From: the human T2T-CHM13v2.0 reference genome, Homo sapiens
Assembly (NCBI RefSeq): GCF_009914755.1
Contig: NC_060925.1
Reading direction: 5' to 3' (one strand)
Length of the DNA stretch: 64,000 bases
A model generated the notes under the pieces. It made no database searches. It was not told the DNA's origin and saw nothing but the letters and a program-made list of their open reading frames with translations. Of this stretch, positions 12,456 to 25,237 are shown piece after piece. The position numbers and the translations under genes were made by a program. How positions within the stretch are numbered: the first letter of the stretch is position 1; every line of letters begins with the position of its first letter.

Positions 12456-13199
12456 GAGGGGGGAGGGTTCAAGGATTATCTAACTTGTAGCAATAAGAAC
12501 CCTGGCTCCAAGCAGGGGTTGGGGGAGTTGAGACTCTTGTAATATCCCAGGTAAGACACAACCAGAGCTTGAATCAAAGCAAGCTTTGTGGGAATGAGGG
12601 GGGATATATTAAGAGACATTTCTGGGTTTGTCTCCAAGGAGGAGTTTCACCCCATGCTCCAGCCCAAGAGCAGAAGTTCCCTTGGTTGTGGTTTCCTCCC
12701 TCCCTTCTTCTCACCCCTCCCAATCCTCACCCTTCTCTTCTTTGTCCCTCCTCCCCACCAACCCCCTAGCTTCCAGTTTTAAAGAAAAACAGTCTCAGAC
12801 TTTTTCAGTTAACAGCTATTGTTTCCCCTAAAATAAGGTAATTCAACTCTCTATCTCTTCCATGAAAGCCTCAACTCCAATAAAAGTATAGCCCCAAACT
12901 GTGGTATCTGGGAAAAATAATTGGAAGAAAGTGGCCAGAACTGGTTCAGACCTTTATTTTTGCCATTTGACCTTCATAAATTTGAATTTCCAACTTCACA
13001 TGCTGAGAACTTACCACAAACTCCCTATTAGAATCCCAAGGATCAGCTCCCTCCGCTGGCTTCACCTCCGGATGTCTCTGGGCCTTTTGGATACCATAGG
13101 CTCTGGGGCACTATTGAGACTCCTGAGGAGGGTCCAACCTTCAGGGCAGAAACAGCTCTACTAGCAGAGAAAGCAAGCTTTCAATATTGTGCAATACAA

Positions 13200-14900
13200 A
13201 AACGAGAGCAGGGCAGCCTTGGGTTTGAAGATCTGCGTCCTGGAATTAAGATCTTGAGATGACAGCGCAGCGGGGATTGGCTGAAGCCCTAAGCAACCTC
13301 TACTAGAGCAGAGAGATGAGCTGTGGGCTGGTGCTTCTGTGGTGAGGTGGTGGTGTTTCTGGAGAGCAGATCAGAGGCAGGGGAAAACCACGCAGAAGCA
13401 GGAGCTGAAGACCTCAGACCGGCACCAGGTGTGTATGGCCTCCGCCTTGCTCCTCTCTTCACTGGGGTTTATATGCCCTCTGAGCCCTCGGCTCCCGGGG
13501 TCTAACTGCCTAGAATGTCAGCAGTAGGCCTGTAAAAAGTGCTTCTTCCCACATACTGTAACACTGGGCTTCAGTGTGGGGGACCCTGGGGCTCAGACCA
13601 GGAAACTACATGCCCGATTTGCAACAACTTGGCTGCGACTTTTATGACGTTTTGGGGAGTCCAGAAAAGCAGAGCTGTGGAAAGAGGTTTCATTCAAGCT
13701 CCAGACTTGGGTGGCCCTTCATCCCCACTGAAGTGGCTATGGTAAATTGTCTTCCGTTGCAACACGAATGGAAAAGTAATTTGGGGTTGGGCCAATACAA
13801 AAACAGTTGAAAGAGGCAAAATATTGGATTAAAGCCATACTATGGAATGGGGAGAGAGGAGGTACCCCAAAAGGGTAGGAGACTGGGAAAATTTTAAGAA
13901 TATTGCCTTAGGCCTGCTATATTCCCAAAATACAGCAAGATAAACCTTAAATTTGGTAGGTTTGATTGCATTCTGCATAGAAAGAGTTTGGGCAAAGGCA
14001 AATGTGTGGAACCGAAGATGTGAACCAGAGGAGGTAGGTGTAGAGCCAGTTGATTTCAGGACCTGTGGATTGACAATGAACAGGCCACAGTGGAATGCAG
14101 CCGTTTTACCAGTTACTTCAAAGCTCAAACAGTAGAAGTCTTTGTCCACGTCTTCCATCGGTCCCAAAGCCCTCTGCTTATTGTAGATGCCAAATCCCTG
14201 ACTCTCTGCTCTCCCTCACATGAGACGTTAGGAAAAACATTAATAGCAGGAGGCACTTTAAAAAATTATTTTTGGCAACACTTTTTGCTTTTGCAAGCCC
14301 CAGCTGAGTAACACAGGAAGCTGAAAGGGTGGGGGCACCCCCTGGCTCCCATGGTTAGAAGAATAAGCCAAACAAGATCAAAACAGGAGCTGCGAGATAC
14401 CACTTCCTGCCTCTCCCAGGCACCCTGAAACTCACTGAGGGAGGCGGACCTCAAAGCCGAGCCCCCTCCTCTACCCCCAGACCATTACAAACCGGAAATG
14501 TTATAAGAGATGGAAATGTCCAGGCCATCTGGCTGAGAGAGCCCATGGCGTCTCGGGCCTAAAGAGAGGTGGAATTTCAAGACCTCACAAGCGTCCCACT
14601 TGGCCTGGTTGGAAAAAGCCAGAGAAAAGATAGGAAAACCGGTCACTGCCCTTTCTCTGGAAAACTTGCTCTCATTGATGGCTCCTCCGCCCCCTCCCCT
14701 ACACAGATACACCCTACACAAAACTCCAGGCTGGAAGAACAAAACCCCTACCTGGGCAAAAGGGGCAAGTCTACAAAGGGAGGGGACAAAAAAGTGGCAG
14801 GGAAGCTGTAGCTACTAAGCTGAAATACTGAAAAACCGAGAAACAGATTGGCTCTTCATGCCGGCCTTGCTCCCCTCTCGCCCTTGAGATTAGCATCTTT
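13200..14900. promoter_or_regulatory. Putative intronic promoter/enhancer in TRAF3IP3 intron 8
   Basis: Unique-looking sequence with raised CpG; GATTGG ~13275; ACTACATGCCC ~13605; ETS ACTTCCTG 14402 and ACCGGAAAT 14491; RUNX-like TGTGGT. Confidence 0.45.
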
Positions 14901-15049
14901 CTTGGAATGTCGAAAATACCATTAGACAGCCCCAGCTTATGAATAAATAGAATGTGACTTTCTGGGAAGCTCCCTTACACCCCCTGCCGCCCTCACTCTG
15001 CTTTAATATCTCTCCGTTTCTTGCTTTCTTAAAGAAGTTCTCATCTTGA

Positions 15050-16872
15050 GTCTAGTATGTACGTGTGCATGTGGAAATGTATGTATGCAGGTGGAGGTGT
15101 GTGTGTGGAGATGGAAGTGTGTATGTCCAGATGGAATTGTGCGTGTGCATGTGGAGGTGTGTGTGTGCAGGTGGAGGTGTGTGTGTGCATGTGGAGGTGT
15201 GTGTGTGCAGGTGGAGGTATGTGTGTGCATGTGGAGGTGTGTGTGTGCATGTGGAAGTGTGCGTGTGCATGTGAAAGTATGTGTGTGCAGGTGGAAGTGT
15301 GCGTGTGCAGGTGGAGGTGTGTGTGTCCAGGTAGAATGTGTGTGCATGTGGAGGTGTATCTGTGCATGTGGAGGTGTGTGTGCAGCTGGAAGTTGTGTGC
15401 AGGTGGAGGTGCACATGTGCATGTGAAGGTGTGTGTGTGCATATGGAGGTGTGTGTGTGCATGTGGAGGTGTGTGTGTGCAGGTGGAGGTGTGCGTGTGC
15501 AGGTGGAGGTGTGCGTGTGCAGGTGGAGGTGTGCGTGTGCCTATGGAGGTGTGTGTGTGTGCATATGGAGGTGTGTGTGTGCAGGTGGAGGTGTGTGTCT
15601 ATATAGAAGTGTGTGTGTGCATGTGAAAGTGTGTGTGTGCCATGTGGAGGTGTGCGTGTGCAGGTGAAGGTGTGCGTGTGCAGGTGAAGGTGTGCGTGTG
15701 CAGGTGGAGGTGTGCGTGTGCATGTGGAGGGGTGCGTGTGCATGTGGAGGTGTGTGTGTGCAGGTGGAGGTGTGCGTGTGCATGTGGATGTGTGTGTGTG
15801 CTCAGGTGGAAGTGTGCGTGTGCATGTGGAGGTGTGTGTGCAGGTGGAGGTGTGTGTGTGCAGGTGGAAGTGTGCATGCATGTGGAAGTGTGCGTGTGCA
15901 TATGGATGTGTGTGCATGTGAAGGTTGTGTGCATGTGGAGGTGTGCGTGCGCATGTGGAGGTGTGCGTGTTCATGTGAAGGTGTGTGTGTGCATGTGAAG
16001 GTATGTGTGTGCAGGTGGAGGTGTGTGTCCCTACGGAGGTGTGCATCTGCATGTGAAGGTGTGCGTGTGCATGTGAAGGTGTGTGTGTGCATGTGGAGGT
16101 GTATCTGTGCATGTGGAGGTGTGCGTGTGCAGCTGGAGGTGTGTGTGCAGGTGGAAGTGTGCATGTGCATGTGAAGGTATGCATGTGCAGGTGGAGGTGT
16201 GTGCATGTGGAGGTGTGTGTGCATGTGAAGGTGTGCGTGTGCATATGGAGGTGTGCGTGTGCATGTGAAGGTGTGTGTGAAGGTGTGTGTGTGCAGGTGG
16301 AGGTACGTGTATGCAGGTGGAGGTGTATGTGTGCAGTGGAAGTGTACGTGTGCATGTGGAGGTGTGTGTGCGCATGTGGTGTGCGTGTGCATATGGAGGT
16401 GTGCGTGTGCATGTGAAGGTGTGCATGTGAAGGTGTGTGTTCAGGTGGAGGTACGTGTGTGCAGGTGGAGGTGTATGTGTGCAGGTGGAAGTGTACGTGT
16501 GCATGTGGAGGTGTGTGCGCGCATGTGAAGGTGTGTGTGTATATGGAGGTGTGCGTGTGCATATGCAGGTGTGCGTGTGCATGTGAAGGTGTGTGTGTGC
16601 AGGTGGAGGTACGTGTGTGCAGGTGGAAGTGTACGTGTGCATGTGGAGGTGTGTGCGCGCATGTGAAGGTGTGTGTGTATATGGAGGTGTGCGTGTGCAT
16701 ATGCAGGTGTGCGTGTGCATGTGAAGGTGTGTGTGTGCAGGTGGAGGTACGTGTGTGCAGGTGGAAGTGTATGTGTGCAGGTGGAAGTGTACGTGTGCAT
16801 GTGGAGGTGTGTGTGCACATGTGAAGGTGTGTGTATATGGAGGTGTGTGTGTGCATGTGGAGGTGTGTGTGG
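15050..16872. repeat. ~1.8-kb minisatellite, ~18-20-bp unit GTGCA(T/G)GTGGAGGTGTGTGT
   Basis: Visible tandem array; source of all His/Thr- and Cys/Val-rich ORFs at 15.0-16.9 kb. Confidence 0.97.
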
Positions 16873-16884
16873 CAGGGAGGGGAG

Positions 16885-17260
16885 TGTATTAATCTCCTAG
16901 GGCTGCTATGACAAAGTACCACAGTCAGGGGAACTTCAAAAACAAACTTATTTTCTCATAGTTCTGGAGGCTAAAAGTCTGAGATCGAGGTGTCAGCAGA
17001 GTTCGTTTCTCCTGCGGTCTCTCTTCCTGGCTTACAGATTGCCATCTCTCTCTGTGTCTCCACATGGCCTTCCTGCAGTGCCCTGATCTCCTCTTTTAAT
17101 AAGGACATCCATCATATTGGATTAGGGCCAGCTTAATGGCCTCATTTTAACTTAACTACATCTTTAAAGACCCTTTCTCCAAATATGGTCACATTCTGGG
17201 GCACTCGGGGCTTAGGACTTCAACATAGAAATGTTGAGGAGATATAAATGAGCTCATAAC
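16885..17260 (-). mobile_element. MaLR LTR (MLT1-like) abutting the minisatellite
   Basis: TGTATTAATCTCCTAGGGCTGCTATGACAAAGTACCAC...GGACTTCAACATA. Confidence 0.8.
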
Positions 17261-17715
17261 CGAGGGCAAGGGAGGGAATAAACATTCTCCCGGGAGGGGA
17301 GACTGCGTTAGCCTCACTGGCCTACATTTTACAGGGAAAAGTCCACGTACAAGACTGAGAAGAGGTGAGGAGTGCAGAAGTGCCTAGACAGGGGAGGGAG
17401 ATAGTGAGCGAAAGGGTAGCTTAGAAGCTTTCCTTCCGGGGCCCCCCTGCTATGCTACCCTGAGCCATTTGATAAAAATCGAGGTAAAAAGAGGACTTGA
17501 GGCCAGTCTTATTCTTTCTTGTCCTAGTCCAGAGAAACAGGAGAAGATCCTCTTCTATCCAGCATCCTTTGTCATCTTTGCTCCTGCCTGCCTCCTGAAA
17601 GAGTTCACTGTTTGAGCACCAACCATGTGCTGGGCAGTAGAATAGGAATATAGAGTCAAACTCTTTGCAGACTAGATTTTGCCCCAAGCTCATTAACTCA
17701 TCCCATTTGCTCCAG

Positions 17716-17787
17716 GGACAGCTTAATGAAGACAAACTGAAGGGGAAACTGAGATCCTTAGAAAACCAGCTATACACCTGTACCCAG
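17716..17787 (+). CDS. TRAF3IP3: TRAF3IP3 exon 9
   Basis: GQLNEDKLKGKLRSLENQLYTCTQ; TCCAG| and CAG|GTAAGC. Confidence 0.93.
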
Positions 17788-19089
17788 GTAAGCATTCTGA
17801 AGGATACTTCCATCTCAGGAATCTAGAATTAAATGAGAAGAATGTTTTTGAACCTCAATCTTACTTTCGAGAAACACCACCAGATAGAGAATAACACACC
17901 CATTCCTACTTACCCATTTCTGGCTTGGCCATTTACACTTTAGTCTCTAATTCACTAGATCACTGTCTCCATCCTTCTTCCTCTCCCTTTCTCCCAGTAT
18001 CCTTCTCTTTGCACCCTGGAGGAATCCCAGCACTAACCAGTTTGTCAGCTCCAGGGGAACCTTGAGAATACCTGACACTGTAGGGGAAGGCCCTTGGTAA
18101 AGACTCACATCACCCAGACAGCCCTTTACGCATCCTAATCTTTGAACAGATGAGTTAGATGTTATAATGAAGTCTTACAAAATTATTTTCATTCCATGGG
18201 TAACTTTTTTCTGTTTTTTCTAGCAACCCCTGGAAGAATGTAAAAGCTCTTTTACTTGGCTCTTCTGTAACACCATTTTCCAGCATTAGTAATCTCTTGA
18301 TTGGCCTAATCTTGGTTTATAAGAGATAGAAAGAAATCAGCTTTCACATTTGAGAAGTGATGGATACCTGACAGGTGGGAAGATATCAAATCAGAGAATG
18401 GGGTGAAACAGGCAGAATTCTCCCATCTGGAGTTAGAGAGAGAAGACAGTCCTGGCCACATTGATGGCGTCTTACAGGGGAAGAGAGTTTATGGAGTCTA
18501 TAAGTTTCTTGGTCCACAACTTTCATTTTTTCAGTATAACTTGCTTTGTCAGGACTAAATAATGCCAACCAAGTTCACAGGAGACTAATATATAATCCAG
18601 AATGCCAGTCTATTCATTTTCAATAGGGAATAACACATAACCAGTGCCCAGCATGGATGGTCATTGGATGTCCAATAACTGGGACATCCCCTACATATGA
18701 CCTCAACCAGGTTAATTCCTGGATCTGGTTTTTAATGAAAGTTCCAAAACTATAAGACCCACTCAAATTTAAATCCAAAATTTCAGACAATTCCAAAGCT
18801 AAATGGAAATGATTTCATATTGATCCCTAAATTGTTGTCATCTGGTCTACTGCTTACACAGTAGGTAATCCAGAATTGACAATAAAATCTGCCTGCCTTC
18901 TCCGAAATCACAGGGCATAAAGATGAAAGAAAGGGAGAAGGCAAGACCCCCAGTGAATTTGCAAAGCTGCGCTTGTGTCTCCTTAATCCTGCAGCCAGGA
19001 GGAATTTTATAATGCAAATGTATTAATTTTAAAACATGAAGTTCATTAGGCATTGTAAAGAAGCTACAATGATTTTTTTTTAAAGCAGC

Positions 19090-19900
19090 AGCAGTATGCT
19101 CCCTCCCTGAAGGAGTTTACAATCCAGTATGAAAGACAGATGAGTCAATAGAGTAGAATAATAGAGGCATGCAGGGGATACTATGTGAACACCATGAACC
19201 CTAAGAAAAGCTACCTAATCCATAAGACATTGTGGGATGGGGGTAGTTGGTCAATTTATCAGAACTGATGATACTGGACTGAATCTTGAGTATTAGTAGA
19301 AGTTAACTGGCTGTAGGCAGAAGAAGCTACATGGGTAAAGGCAGAGCCCCAAAAAACAGAGTGCTGGGGGATCTGCAAACATCTCAGCTTAGGTGGAAGT
19401 AGCATGGGATGAAAGTCTAGGCGTGTAAGAGGAGCCATGACAAGGAGTTTGGATGTGATTCTTAGTATGCTGAGAATCCATGGAGAGATTTATACAGGAA
19501 GTGGCAAGATCAGATTTGCATTTTAGAAAGAACCCTCTAAATGCAGAACTGAAAAGGGACTGAAGGGAGGCAAGATTTGAAGAAAGGGAGGCTGTTGCAT
19601 TAATCCACATAACACTACTACTAGAGCCTGAACTAAGGAAGCAGCAGTAGGGATAGAGAGGAGACAGATATGAGCTGTTAAGGAAATTGTCAAGGCTCAA
19701 TGACCAACTGATTAGAGGGGGAGGAAGTGAGAGAGAAAATGAAGATTGACTCCCTGGTTTAGGGTTTGGAAAAGCCTGGATGGATGATGATTCTGGTCAC
19801 TGAGATAGGAACCCCAAGAAAAAAGAACATGTTTAGAAAGATGAGTCCTGTTTAGACATCTTGGATTCCAAGAGCTTGCAGAAGGCCTCAGATATAATGC
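19090..19900 (+). mobile_element. L2 fragment
   Basis: Purine-rich L2-like phrases (AAGGAGTTTGGAT...GATCAGATTTGCATTTTAGAAAGA...GATGATTC). Confidence 0.6.
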
Positions 19901-20116
19901 CCAGGAAGCCTAGGGCACTGTTTATTATGCCCTCCACTCATCTCTCATTGCCTGAGGGACTCTTCTTGCTAGCTCTACCCTAAAAGAAATGGCTCACTAG
20001 ATTACTGGTATCTCTGCCTGGGGGAAGAACCAACTTCTTTTCATTTCTGTATCCCAGCTCAGGATTTGGCACACAGAAGCTCAATGTGTATTTGTTGAAT
20101 TGCATCAAATTTACAG

Positions 20117-20257
20117 AAATACTCCCCTTGGGGAATGAAAAAAGTACTACTGGAGATGGAAGACCAGAAAAACAGCTATGAGCAGAAGGCCAAGGAGTCA
20201 CTGCAGAAAGTGCTGGAGGAGAAAATGAATGCAGAGCAGCAACTACAGAGCACACAG
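20117..20257 (+). CDS. TRAF3IP3: TRAF3IP3 exon 10
   Basis: KYSPWGMKKVLLEME...QLQSTQ; TACAG| and CAG|GTATGG. Confidence 0.94.
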
Positions 20258-20366
20258 GTATGGGGATGCCACATAGACATGGGGCTGGGGACTCCAGGCA
20301 GCTTGGGGAACAAGGGGAGCCAGCTGCACAACTCCCTGGAGCCCTCTCCTCTCTGATCTCCCTCAG

Positions 20367-20504
20367 CGATCCCTGGCCCTGGCAGAGCAGAAGTGTGAAG
20401 AGTGGAGGAGCCAGTATGAGGCTCTGAAGGAGGACTGGAGGACCCTTGGGACCCAGCACAGGGAGCTGGAGAGCCAACTCCACGTGCTTCAGTCCAAACT
20501 GCAG
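20367..20504 (+). CDS. TRAF3IP3: TRAF3IP3 exon 11
   Basis: RSLALAEQKCEEW...LQSKLQ; CTCAG| and CAG|GTACCA. Confidence 0.93.
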
Positions 20505-21541
20505 GTACCAGGCACTGGGGGTGGGGAGGGAAGACAGGGTATGGGGAGGAGGGATGGTGATGAAAGAAGCTGTTCTGGATTAGGGACTCCAAAGGCAGCT
20601 GACAGCATCTGGCTTTCAGTTCCTCAGTCACCACTACTTTGTACCAAATTCACTGTTTTGGCTCTGAAATCTAATTTTGAGTTTAGCAAGGATGTCTGCA
20701 TTGCTCATGCAAATGAACTAAGCGTTCATTGGAATGACACCATCACCACCCAAATGAAAAGAACTGGCTGGAATATTCATCAGCCTACTAATGTCATCTC
20801 CCAACCCACTCTCCAAACTCCATCCCAAAAAAGCATCCAGTTCAGAATTGCCCACTGTTGGCAAAGAAAGAATGTCACTAATTTATTTACAGGTGAGTAT
20901 TAACACTTTCTGCCAATGTGTATTTTAAGCAATTACATTTAGCAATTACAATTAGATTCTTGGCATCCTCAAGGGTTCCATCATCTTCAATCTGTCCTAA
21001 GCCTCAGTTTCCCCATCTCTAAAATGAGGATAATAGTACCTACATCATAAGGTGGTTCTGAGTATTAAGTAAGATGATCCATGTAAAGCACTTAGCACAA
21101 TGCCTGGCACACAAAAACACTCAGTAAATATTAGCTATTATTTTGCATAGATTTATTTACCTGGTTTGGAATTTTGAGGATCCACCTCAAAAGCTGATCT
21201 TTGTAATTTTCCTGAAGCAGGGCTCAGAACAGCCCACTTGATAAGAGACAGAGTATGTGAGTCTTATCAAAGGAGTGAACCCAGCTGGTCACTCTGCGTG
21301 GTATCCACAGCTCAACCTTTGTTGTTTTCTTCTTCCCATCACCTATAAGGCAACTCCTATGAAGATTTTTGTGAGGGGTTTTTTAACTTTAAATCTTTGT
21401 GGAAAAAAAAAGACCCTAACCAAAAAAAAAACTGATACTGCCAGAAGTAGAAAAAAGAGAAAATGAAAACATCCAGAAAACTAATGACTTTGTATTCCTT
21501 AATTTGGTGATTTACCAAAGTGTCAAGACATGACTCCCACA

Positions 21542-21913
<372 letters not shown>

Positions 21914-22119
21914 CTAATCTGCTGTTATAAATATGAGGAACAAAGCAAAGGGAAGAAATAGGAAAAAAGAAAGACTTCTCTATTTTCTCATCTCCCTAAC
22001 ATTCCTTCTATCTCTAAAATTCCAGACTTTTCTACATTTTCCTCTTCCATGGTACCCGCCCCCCAACCTCCACCCCAACACTGACCTCCTTCTATATTGG
22101 CCCTTCCTCCTCCTTACAG

Positions 22120-22255
22120 GGAGCAGATAGCAGGGACTTACAGATGAACCAGGCCCTGCGATTTTTGGAAAATGAGCACCAGCAACTGCAGGCCAAGATT
22201 GAATGCCTGCAAGGGGACAGAGACCTGTGCAGCTTGGATACCCAGGACCTACAAG
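22120..22255 (+). CDS. TRAF3IP3: TRAF3IP3 exon 12
   Basis: GADSRDLQMNQAL...TQDLQ(D); TACAG| and AAG|GTACTC. Confidence 0.92.
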
Positions 22256-22878
22256 GTACTCTTCTCCTTGGAGGCCTTGAGTGCATGGCAGCCATGGCCA
22301 AGTGAGCTAAGAAAAAAGAAACTGAATTAAGAGAAAGGCTTCAGCCTTTTATTTGTTTGCTTGATTGGTTGATTGGCTTTATAATCTCATTTTACCTTGA
22401 GGGAGAGGCAGGACTGTTTTAATCATCCAAAATTGAAAATTAATTTCACTGTAGTAGATAGAGTATCTTGTTGTCTGAGCTCTCTTTTTTAGCCCATCCC
22501 TCTGGGCCAGATCACAGCTGCTCCCACATCAGTCACATATGTCAAGGCCACAGTCCTAATTTGAAAGGGAAAGGTCAGTTGAAACACAAGGCATAGAGAA
22601 AGTCTCTCAGTCACATCCTCTGTGTCCGCTGATAGAGAGGACTAGATAGTGTGTAAACACAAGCCTCAATGCAACCCAACATTGTTGATGCACAAAAACC
22701 TGAGGTACTTGGCTTCTGGTTTACCTCTTCAGAACTGGGACACGAAGATAGAGCAACTTCCAATAGACACACGTTAAAGACCATGACAAGACAGCATCTA
22801 TTACTAATTTCCATCCTAAGTACTGAGTTCATTAAGTCTTGGGTTCCTTTATTTTGGCTTGCATTATTGCATTTTCAG

Positions 22879-22941
22879 ATCAACTAAAAAGGTCAGAGGC
22901 AGAGAAACTCACCCTGGTGACCAGAGTACAGCAGTTGCAGG
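22879..22941 (+). CDS. TRAF3IP3: TRAF3IP3 exon 13
   Basis: DQLKRSEAEKLTLVTRVQQLQ(G); TTTCAG| and G|GTAAGT. Confidence 0.93.
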
Positions 22942-23159
22942 GTAAGTTCGCTTTCCAGATTCTGAAAGTCCACAGGGTTTTCCTGGGGTCCTGGCCCACA
23001 AAAGGCACCCAGAGTAGGGACTAAGGGCCCAGTCTTTGGCATATGCTCTAACTCTGTGCACTTTCAGACCCTCTTCTTGTAAAGTGAGGTCATTTACATA
23101 GCTCTCCATAAATTATGTGTTAGCCTCTGTTCTTTTTTTTCTACTGTTCTCCTTCCATG

Positions 23160-23342
23160 CCAATGACACCACTTACATTTCCCCTAGAACTGCAGATTTT
23201 TTTTAAATACTGGGTTTCCTAAAGCAGTTCTTATTTTATATATTCTAATTTATGTACATGAATGTGTCACATAGACCTGTCATTAGAGATGGTTTAGAAA
23301 ATAAGCTTACACTATACGTGCCTCAATCCACTTCAAAACTAC
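23160..23342 (+). repeat. Copy 2 of ~183-bp local direct duplication
   Basis: See copy 1. Confidence 0.9.
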
Positions 23343-23589
23343 ATATTGGGCCCAAAGAGGAAAAGGGACTTCTCAGAAGAAAAGCAGTTTCTGAAAAGCT
23401 GGAGAACCTGACTCAATTAATACAGCTGCTGGTTGCCCACCACTTTAACCTCTGACACCTGATAGAGAAGCTTCATGAAAGCAGCAATGATTATTAAGAG
23501 AGCAAAGCAACCACAGGGAAAAGGGAAAATCTTCAAGCAAAGACTTGAAGATAGAGACATGGTAGGGGGAGATATAAGGATGCTATATT

Positions 23590-23978
23590 CATAGCAAAGT
23601 ACCACAGACTGGGTGCCTTGAAGAACAGAAATGTATTGTCTCACAGTTCTGGAGACTAGAAATCCAAGATGTCAGCAGGGTTGTTTCCTTCTGAGGGCGT
23701 TTAGGGAAAGATCTATCCCAGGGCTCTTTCCTTGGCTTTGTAGATGGCCGTCTTCTCTCTGTGTCTCTTCACATTGTCTTTCCCATGAACATATCTGTGT
23801 CCATATTTCCCCTTCTTATAAGGACACCAGTGATATTAGATTGGGGCCCACCTGAATGACCCCATTTTAACTTGATTATCTTTTAAAGAATCTATCTCCA
23901 AATAAGGTCATTATTTAAGGTACTGAGGGTTAGGACTTCAACATATATATTCTGGGGGACAAAATTCAACACACAGCA
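23590..23978 (-). mobile_element. MaLR LTR (MLT1-like)
   Basis: CAAAGTACCACAGACTGGGTG...GGACTTCAACATAT...ATTCAAC. Confidence 0.8.
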
Positions 23979-24082
23979 GATGGGAACATATTTAATAACC
24001 AAGGTTCTAAGCAAAGTTCTGAAAAGAAAACTTTTTGTAGTAAATATGCTAGCATAGACAAGTTCCTTGTGTTTTCCAACAG

Positions 24083-24142
24083 GTTTGCTTCAAAATCAAT
24101 CCTTACAGCTTCAAGAACAGGAGAAACTCTTAACAAAGAAAG
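24083..24142 (+). CDS. TRAF3IP3: TRAF3IP3 exon 14
   Basis: GLLQNQSLQLQEQEKLLTKK(D); AACAG| and AAG|GTCAGC. Confidence 0.92.
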
Positions 24143-25237
24143 GTCAGCAAATTTATTACCACAAATTCTAAGATATTGCTCTTCTCTTACCTGCCTAGAG
24201 GCAGCGGGATGGACTACATGACCTCCTGGAGTCCCAGCCAGTTCTGGGAGTCTGTTAAGTCCGGGATGTGTGGGAGCTTTTTAAGGACTGATCATTGGCT
24301 CTGAGGACACTTCAACTAGTTAGCCTTCTATCTTGAGGTATATAAACTGTGAAAAAGGGTTTCTATTCTCTCTGAAAGCACATGTCTGTGTTGAACATTT
24401 CAATAAATTTATTTTGAACTCAGGATTTCATGTCAATTTTTACACACTTGATTTTCCAAATCACATCCAACTCCCCAGCCCCAAACCACATAGCAGTCCA
24501 GAGTCAACTCACTGTTAGCCCTAGAGAGTCTACTGTCCATGTTTCCTGAGAATTCACTGTGTATACAGAGGGGCAATAGCTCCTCACCTGTCCACTACAC
24601 ACGACCTTTTGTTTTCTCTTCACAATCATTGGGCATAATATAATAGATAAGGCAGAAATTTTTATGCTCACAGAGTATGGATAAGAACATGAAAGTCTAT
24701 GGTGACACAAACTAACAACACAGCTATAACAACAATCCAAAACTTCTGACTCCTAGTCCATGCTCTTTTCACCAAGACTAAGACTGCAGGGTGGCTAAAA
24801 AACCATCTTTAACCATATGAAGATAAATTTTAGGATATGACTGCCATCTTCACAACTTTCAAATGAGGACATCAGGGAAAAGGGATTGTATTAAAGCATT
24901 TACCAAACTTATTTGACAAACTAGGAAGAATGTGACATACAACCAATGAAATTCAATTAAGAAGTATTCACTAAAACTATCTAGCACTAGATAAGACTGG
25001 GGATACAAAGAAAAGATCCCAATCTTGCCCTCAAGGAGCTCAGATTCCAGCTGTCTGTCCAAGCTTAGCAGGGGCCTACTGGAAGTTAACCTTTATGTCA
25101 GAGAATGCCATCAGTCTAGCCAAGAGCACGCCCTCCCAAGTTCCCTCCCCTCTCCCCACTCCTAGTGGTTTCACCCTCAGGGCCCTTCCTCAGAGGTGTG
25201 GGCCTCACTGTCACCAAGAATCTGGCTGCTTTTTTAG

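Noticed and set aside
13539-14311. Cluster of short ORFs suggesting a pseudogene or ERV fragment
   Set aside because: No recognisable protein similarity, poly(A) tail or TSD; better explained as regulatory DNA
15050-16872. CRISPR-like appearance of the periodic array
   Set aside because: No unique spacers, no cas genes, human context; it is a minisatellite
15003-16922. 639-aa His/Thr-rich ORF and many overlapping Cys/Val-rich ORFs
   Set aside because: Produced by a stop-poor tandem repeat that is open in several frames on both strands; begins in a MaLR LTR at a non-ATG codon; no evidence of a real gene
19980-20634. Antisense 167-aa and 152-aa ORFs
   Set aside because: Shadow frames of TRAF3IP3 exons 10-11
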